From positions 1-55,701 of the forward strand of contig CAZJEO010000003.1 of the NCBI GenBank assembly GCA_964545065.1: DNA of 55,701 nucleotides, in the 5' to 3' direction. Made by a program: the position numbers and the translations under genes. This stretch comes from Candidatus Woesearchaeota archaeon (GTDB lineage Archaea; Nanobdellota; Nanobdellia; Pacearchaeales; GW2011-AR1). A model generated the notes under the pieces. It saw only the letters and a list, made by a program, of their open reading frames with translations. It was not told the origin of the DNA and did no database searches. Position 1 is the first letter of the stretch; every line of letters begins with the position of its first letter. Below, one piece after another: positions 51,958-55,701 of this stretch.

Positions 51958-52932
51958 ATGGCAACTGAAAAAGTTGACGAAAAAATTACTGAAGAAGAAA
52001 CTGTGAAGTCTAGCACACCCAAGGGTGTACCCCGAGACATTTCAGAAGAAATGTCTACTAAGGGCAAAGACTTGGCTGAGAAAGAAGTTGAACTTGATGA
52101 AGAAGCTGGTGAAGAAAAAACAGGCGAAGATTTAGAAAAATCTGCTGAGGCAGAATCTACTGATCCAAAGGCAGAAAAGACTCTTGAGGAAAAGAAAAAA
52201 GAACTTTTGAAAAGAGCAAAGAAACTTGCTGGTACAATTGATGTTACTTCAACAGAAGAATTAAAGGAGAAAGTTAAAATTAAGAAAAGAGAGGATATGC
52301 TGATTCCTCTTGAAGAATATGTTAAGGCGGGAATTTATCTTGGAACAAGAGTTGTTACACCTGACATGAGACCTTTTGTTTATAGAAGAAGGGCAGATGG
52401 TTTGGCTATTTTTAATACTGATTTAATTGATGAGAAATTGAAAGAAGCAATTAAATATTTGACGGAGTTTGCGCCAGAAGATATAATTATTGTTTGTAAA
52501 AGACAAGCTGGTTGGGAAGCTGTTGAAAGATTTGGGAAGATTACAGGAATCAGAGTTTTTACTAAAAAATATCCTGCAGGAATTTTGACTAATACTGCTT
52601 TACCAGATTTTTTTGAAAATGAACTTACTGTTATAAGTGATGCTTGGCTTGACAAAAATGCATTGAAAGATACTTTGAATGTTAAGAAAAAAGTTTTAAT
52701 GATTTGTGATACGAATAATTTTTCAAAGGGTACAGACCAGATAATTATTGGAAATAATAAATCACCGAAGAGCTTGGGTGTGATATATTATTTGTTAGCG
52801 AAGGGTTATTGTAAAGCTAAAGGTATTGAAGCAGATATTCCTGACTTGGAAATTTGGACAGGAGAAATTGCAGAAGAAAAAATAAGAGAGAAGATTTCTT
52901 TAAGTGCGAAGAACGCAGAGTATGGTGTTTAA
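51958..52932 (+). CDS. rps2: Ribosomal protein uS2 with ~113-aa acidic N-terminal extension
   Basis: The canonical S2 core starts near MLIPLEEYVKAGIYLGTRV (ATG 52297). The upstream 113 codons are open, K/E-rich and begin 32 nt after eno. Confidence 0.85.
   Translation: MATEKVDEKITEEETVKSSTPKGVPRDISEEMSTKGKDLAEKEVELDEEAGEEKTGEDLEKSAEAESTDPKAEKTLEEKKKELLKRAKKLAGTIDVTSTEELKEKVKIKKREDMLIPLEEYVKAGIYLGTRVVTPDMRPFVYRRRADGLAIFNTDLIDEKLKEAIKYLTEFAPEDIIIVCKRQAGWEAVERFGKITGIRVFTKKYPAGILTNTALPDFFENELTVISDAWLDKNALKDTLNVKKKVLMICDTNNFSKGTDQIIIGNNKSPKSLGVIYYLLAKGYCKAKGIEADIPDLEIWTGEIAEEKIREKISLSAKNAEYGV
52013..52069 (+). repeat. GC-rich palindromic element, family 1, copy 2 (in-frame inside rps2 extension)
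   Basis: gcacacccaagggtgtaccccgagacatttcagaagaaatgtctactaagggcaaag contains the hairpins CACCC-aa-GGGTG and GAGACATTTC-agaa-GAAATGTCT. Confidence 0.8.
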
Positions 52933-53303
52933 ATTTTAAAAAATAACCAACCCTTTTTGTTCTTTCCATAACCTGTTTTTATCAGAACATAATTTCCATT
53001 TAGTTTTTTTCCATGGAGTTTTATCTCGAGCTTCTTTGGATCTTTTTCTATTAATTCATAAGTTCCGTTGTCCCAGATTTCAACTTTTCCTGCGCCGTAA
53101 TTTCCTTCTGGAATTGTTCCATGGAAAGTTGCATAACTTATGGGATGGTCTTCGACTTGAATTGCTAAACGTTTTGTGCCTTTTGTGCGAGGTGGGATTT
53201 TAGGTAAGGCCCATGATTTCAAAACTCCTTTCATTTCTAATCTAAAATCATAATGAAGATTTGTTGCTTGGTGTTTTTGGATAGTGAAGATTGGCATGTA
53301 CAT
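52929..53303 (-). CDS. Stand-alone LigD-type 3'-phosphoesterase (PE) domain protein
   Basis: FTIQKHQATNLHYDFRLEMKGVLKSWALPKIPP...KRLAIQVEDHPISYATFHGTIPEGNYGAGKVEIWDNGTY matches the LigD PE domain pattern (QKH.A..LHYDFRLE...L.SWA.PKGP...EDHP..Y..FEG.IP...YG.G). Length is 124 aa. Confidence 0.8.
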   Translation of the reverse strand: MYMPIFTIQKHQATNLHYDFRLEMKGVLKSWALPKIPPRTKGTKRLAIQVEDHPISYATFHGTIPEGNYGAGKVEIWDNGTYELIEKDPKKLEIKLHGKKLNGNYVLIKTGYGKNKKGWLFFKI

Positions 53304-53347
53304 TAGAGGATAAATAATTATATAAAGTTTCAGATTGTTAGACTATT

Positions 53348-53542
53348 ATGAGACCTAGAATTTTACGGTGCATTGCATATACTATTGAAAATTATTTTGA
53401 ACATAATCCAATTTTTATGGGTCGTAAAAAATTCCATGAAAGACGGCTTGCAGAAGAAGATAGAAGGTTAAATTACCTTGAAGATAAAAGATTAGGAAAA
53501 ATGGAAAAGTCACGTATAGAAGGTATAGCCAAAGAAGATTAA
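53348..53542 (+). CDS. Hypothetical small protein (64 aa), doubtful
   Basis: It is an ORF only, with a basic/charged product and no motif. Confidence 0.25.
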   Translation: MRPRILRCIAYTIENYFEHNPIFMGRKKFHERRLAEEDRRLNYLEDKRLGKMEKSRIEGIAKED

Positions 53543-53555
53543 TTCTAACAAAACA

Positions 53556-53563
53556 TTTAAATA
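53556..53563 (+). promoter_or_regulatory. TATA-box candidate for rRNA operon
   Basis: TTTAAATA lies ~280 nt upstream of the mature 16S 5' end and upstream of the processing-stem strand at 53634-53652. Confidence 0.35.
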
Positions 53564-53633
53564 CCAATTTCTTCTACCAATTTTATAATTAAGATGAGTG
53601 CTTTAGTTATACATTCCAAGAATGTTAAAGTAT

Positions 53634-53652
53634 GATGTATGTAAAAGCAGTC
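53634..53652 (+). other. 5' strand of 16S processing stem
   Basis: GAUGUAUGUAAAAGCAGUC pairs with 55295-55315 (GACUGUUUUUACAUACUCAUC). That gives 16 contiguous bp including one G-U, a 2-nt bulge, then 3 more bp. Confidence 0.6.
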
Positions 53653-53838
53653 ACGACTATCTCATCTGTAATTTATTATTTTTGAGAAGTCAGTTGTAGT
53701 TCTAATAAAACCGTTTCGTTAAATCGAAACAACAGCCAATAGTTAGGAGTTCGTGTGAAGTGTATTATTTTCTTATAAATAATATGCGCAATCGAAATTC
53801 GTGTCGTTTATCGACGAGGAATTCATGACATTGTTTAA

Positions 53839-55272
53839 ATCCAGTTGATCCTGCTGGCGGCTGCGGCTATCTGGTTTGCGTTTAGCCATGCAAGTCTGTC
53901 GAAAGACGGCGAACTGCTCAGTAACACGTAGCTAATCTACCCTTAAGTCAAGGATACCCTCGGGAAACTGAGGCTAATACTTGATAAGAGATTTACCCTG
54001 GAAAGATTTATCTCTGAAACTCGCGCTTAAGGATGAGGCTGCGGCGGATTAGGTTGTTGGCGGGGTAATAGCCCACCAAGCCTGTGATCCGTAGGGGCTC
54101 TTAGCGGAGAAGCCCCGAGAGGGAATCTGAGACACTATTCCCAGCCCTACGGGGTGCAGCAGTTAGGAATCTTCTACAATGCGCGCAAGCGTGATAGAGT
54201 GAGCCAGAGTGTTTTCCAATTTGGAAGACTTTTATGGAATGTAAAAAGTTCCACGAATAAGGACTGGGTAAGACTAGTGCCAGCCGCCGCGGTAATACTA
54301 GCGGTCCAAGTCGCAGCCATTTTTATTGGGTCTAAAACATCCGTAGCTTGCTTAATAAGTTCTCTGTGAAATCCTGTCTCTCAAGGATGGGGCGAGCAAG
54401 GAATACTACTAAGCTAGAGACTGGAAGACGTAAGGAGTATGGTCAAAGTAGTGGTAAAATACTTTAATCTTGATCAGACTAACAATAGCGAAGGCACCTT
54501 ACGAGGACAGTTCTGACAGTAAAGGATGAAGGCTAGGGGCGCAAAACGGATTAGATACCCGTGTAGTCCTAGCAGTAAACACTGCACACTAAACATTAGT
54601 ACCTCCTCGAGAGGTATTAGTGCTGCAGGGAAGCCGAAGAGTGTGCTACCTGGGAAGTATAGTCGCAAGGCCGAAACTTAAAGGAATTGGCGGGGAGACA
54701 CTACAACGGGTGACGCGTGCGGTTCAATTAGATTATACACCGTGAACCTCACCAGGAGCGACAGCAGGATGAAGGTCAGTCTGAAGGGCTTACCTGACAC
54801 GCTGAGAGGAGTCGCAAGGCCGACGTCAGCCTGTGCCGTGAGGTGACCTGTTAAATCAGGTAACAGGCAAGACCCACATGTATATTTACTACTGAACTAT
54901 ATACAGATTGCCTTGGTAACAAGGATGAAAGTGTGGGCTACGTTAGGTGAGTACAGCCCGAATCCCCTGGGCAACACGCGCGCGTCAATGGTGGATACAA
55001 CGAGATGCGACTCTGAAAGGAGGAGCTAATCCCTTAAAGTCCATCTCAGTCCAGATTGAGGTTTGTAACCCAGCCTCATGACGCTGGAATCTGTAGTAAT
55101 CGTTTGTTATCAACGAACGGTGAATATGTCCCTGTCTCTTGCACACACTGCCCGTCATACCAACCGAGTTGTGTTATGGTGAAACTCTCTTTTGAGGAGA
55201 ACCTTGACACGATGAGGCAGGTCAAGTCGTCACAAGGTATCTGTAGGGGAACCTGCAGATGGATCACCTCCT
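53839..55272 (+). rRNA. rrs: 16S (SSU) ribosomal RNA, archaeal, ~1434 nt
   Basis: The 5' end is AATCCAGTTGATCCTGCTGGCGG. GTGCCAGCCGCCGCGGTAATAC lies at 54277-54298, and ATTAGATACCCGTGTAGTCC and AAAGGAATTGGCGGGG are present. GCACACACTGCCCGTCA lies at 55141-55157. The 3' end is GGATCACCTCCT at 55261-55272. Confidence 0.95.
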
Positions 55273-55294
55273 ATATAATATTATTAGAAGTGCA

Positions 55295-55315
55295 GACTGT
55301 TTTTACATACTCATC
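55295..55315 (+). other. 3' strand of 16S processing stem
   Basis: It is complementary to 53634-53652 (see that entry). Confidence 0.6.
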
Positions 55316-55384
55316 TTATTTATGATGAACTTAATTATATTCGAATTCGATAATCTTAAAAACCACAACGGGCTAGAAAAAATA

Positions 55385-55455
55385 AGGGCCCATAGTATAG
55401 TGGTAGAATACTTCCCTTGCACGGAAGAGATCCGCGTTCGATTCGCGGTGGGTCC
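55385..55455 (+). tRNA. tRNA-Ala (anticodon UGC), no encoded CCA
   Basis: The acceptor GGGCCCA/UGGGUCC contains the G3:U70 alanine identity pair. The anticodon arm is CUUCC-CUUGCAC-GGAAG and the T arm is CCGCG-UUCGAUU-CGCGG. Discriminator A is followed by TAC. At 71 nt it has a compressed D/anticodon junction. Confidence 0.9.
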
Positions 55456-55701
55456 ATACTTCTCCAAAAGTTTTATAAACTGTTTTCTTCTCAAATTTCT
55501 ATCAGATGGTAAACCAGAAATATTCATACTTAATTGCTTTAATTAGCGAGGGTTATGTATATTTCTAGTGTCTGATTCGGTGAAGTATTTCGGTACTTTA
55601 TCGTGATGAGAATTTTCAACCCCTAAGGTTGATTATATTCAATGAACAAGCATTAGGAGAATTTCCCATTAGACATTAATTTAATGTTTAGTGTATTTTT
55701 A

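Noticed and set aside
53801-53812. Second 16S-flanking complementarity (ATCGAAATTCG upstream versus CGAATTCGAT at ~55341)
   Set aside because: It would cross the well-supported stem (53634-53652 / 55295-55315) as a pseudoknot. Both strings are self-palindromic, so it is likely chance.
54154-55546. Track ORFs inside the rRNA operon (54154..54369, 54474..54668, 55056..55325, 55076..55267, 55259..55546, 55303..55527)
   Set aside because: They lie within or across the 16S rRNA, the spacer and tRNA-Ala. Conserved rRNA/tRNA sequence explains the region, so these are spurious ORFs.

Overview
This is a visibly AT-rich, gene-dense archaeal chromosome segment. It best fits a small-genome DPANN-type archaeon: the information-processing genes are archaeal, the 16S rRNA is short and divergent, and there are many Cys-rich surface proteins. 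No transposase, integrase or CRISPR array was seen.

Gene content, left to right:
- 0.7-12.6 kb: a type IV pilus-like locus. It has 7 class-III-signal pilin candidates, a secretion ATPase and a split TadB/TadC-like platform. It ends in a 1270-aa Cys-rich S8 subtilase.
- 12.6-14.6 kb: archease and RtcB.
- 15.7-22.8 kb: a surface-protein island. It holds a lipoprotein HExxH protease, an eighth pilin-like gene, a DCGTCP-repeat protein and a PKD protein. Four of these genes share the same ATATTTATAAA TATA box.
- 22.9-28.1 kb: a GTPase / small protein / Zn-ribbon triad, a class I CCA-adding enzyme, a TrmB-family regulator and a presenilin-type GxGD protease.
- 29.5-37.7 kb: aCPSF1, proteasome beta, an ACE-like peptidase, and rad50-purN-mre11.
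- 37.7-41.0 kb: a 2-oxoacid:ferredoxin oxidoreductase operon interrupted by a methyltransferase and a SemiSWEET gene.
- 43.4-52.9 kb: RNase J, then Pop5 / proteasome alpha / SBDS / Rrp4 / Rrp41 / Rrp42 / RpoK / enolase / uS2, with extra inserted genes.
- 52.9-55.7 kb: a stand-alone LigD phosphoesterase, then 16S rRNA and tRNA-Ala(UGC).

The most unusual signals are short GC-rich hairpin-forming elements:
- One family has two copies inserted in-frame in cca and in rps2.
- Unrelated hairpin inserts sit in cca and in an NPPY methyltransferase.
- A 57-nt block, 51/57 identical by hand alignment, sits directly upstream of two unrelated minus-strand genes.

All calls come from reading the sequence and the ORF track. 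No searches were run.
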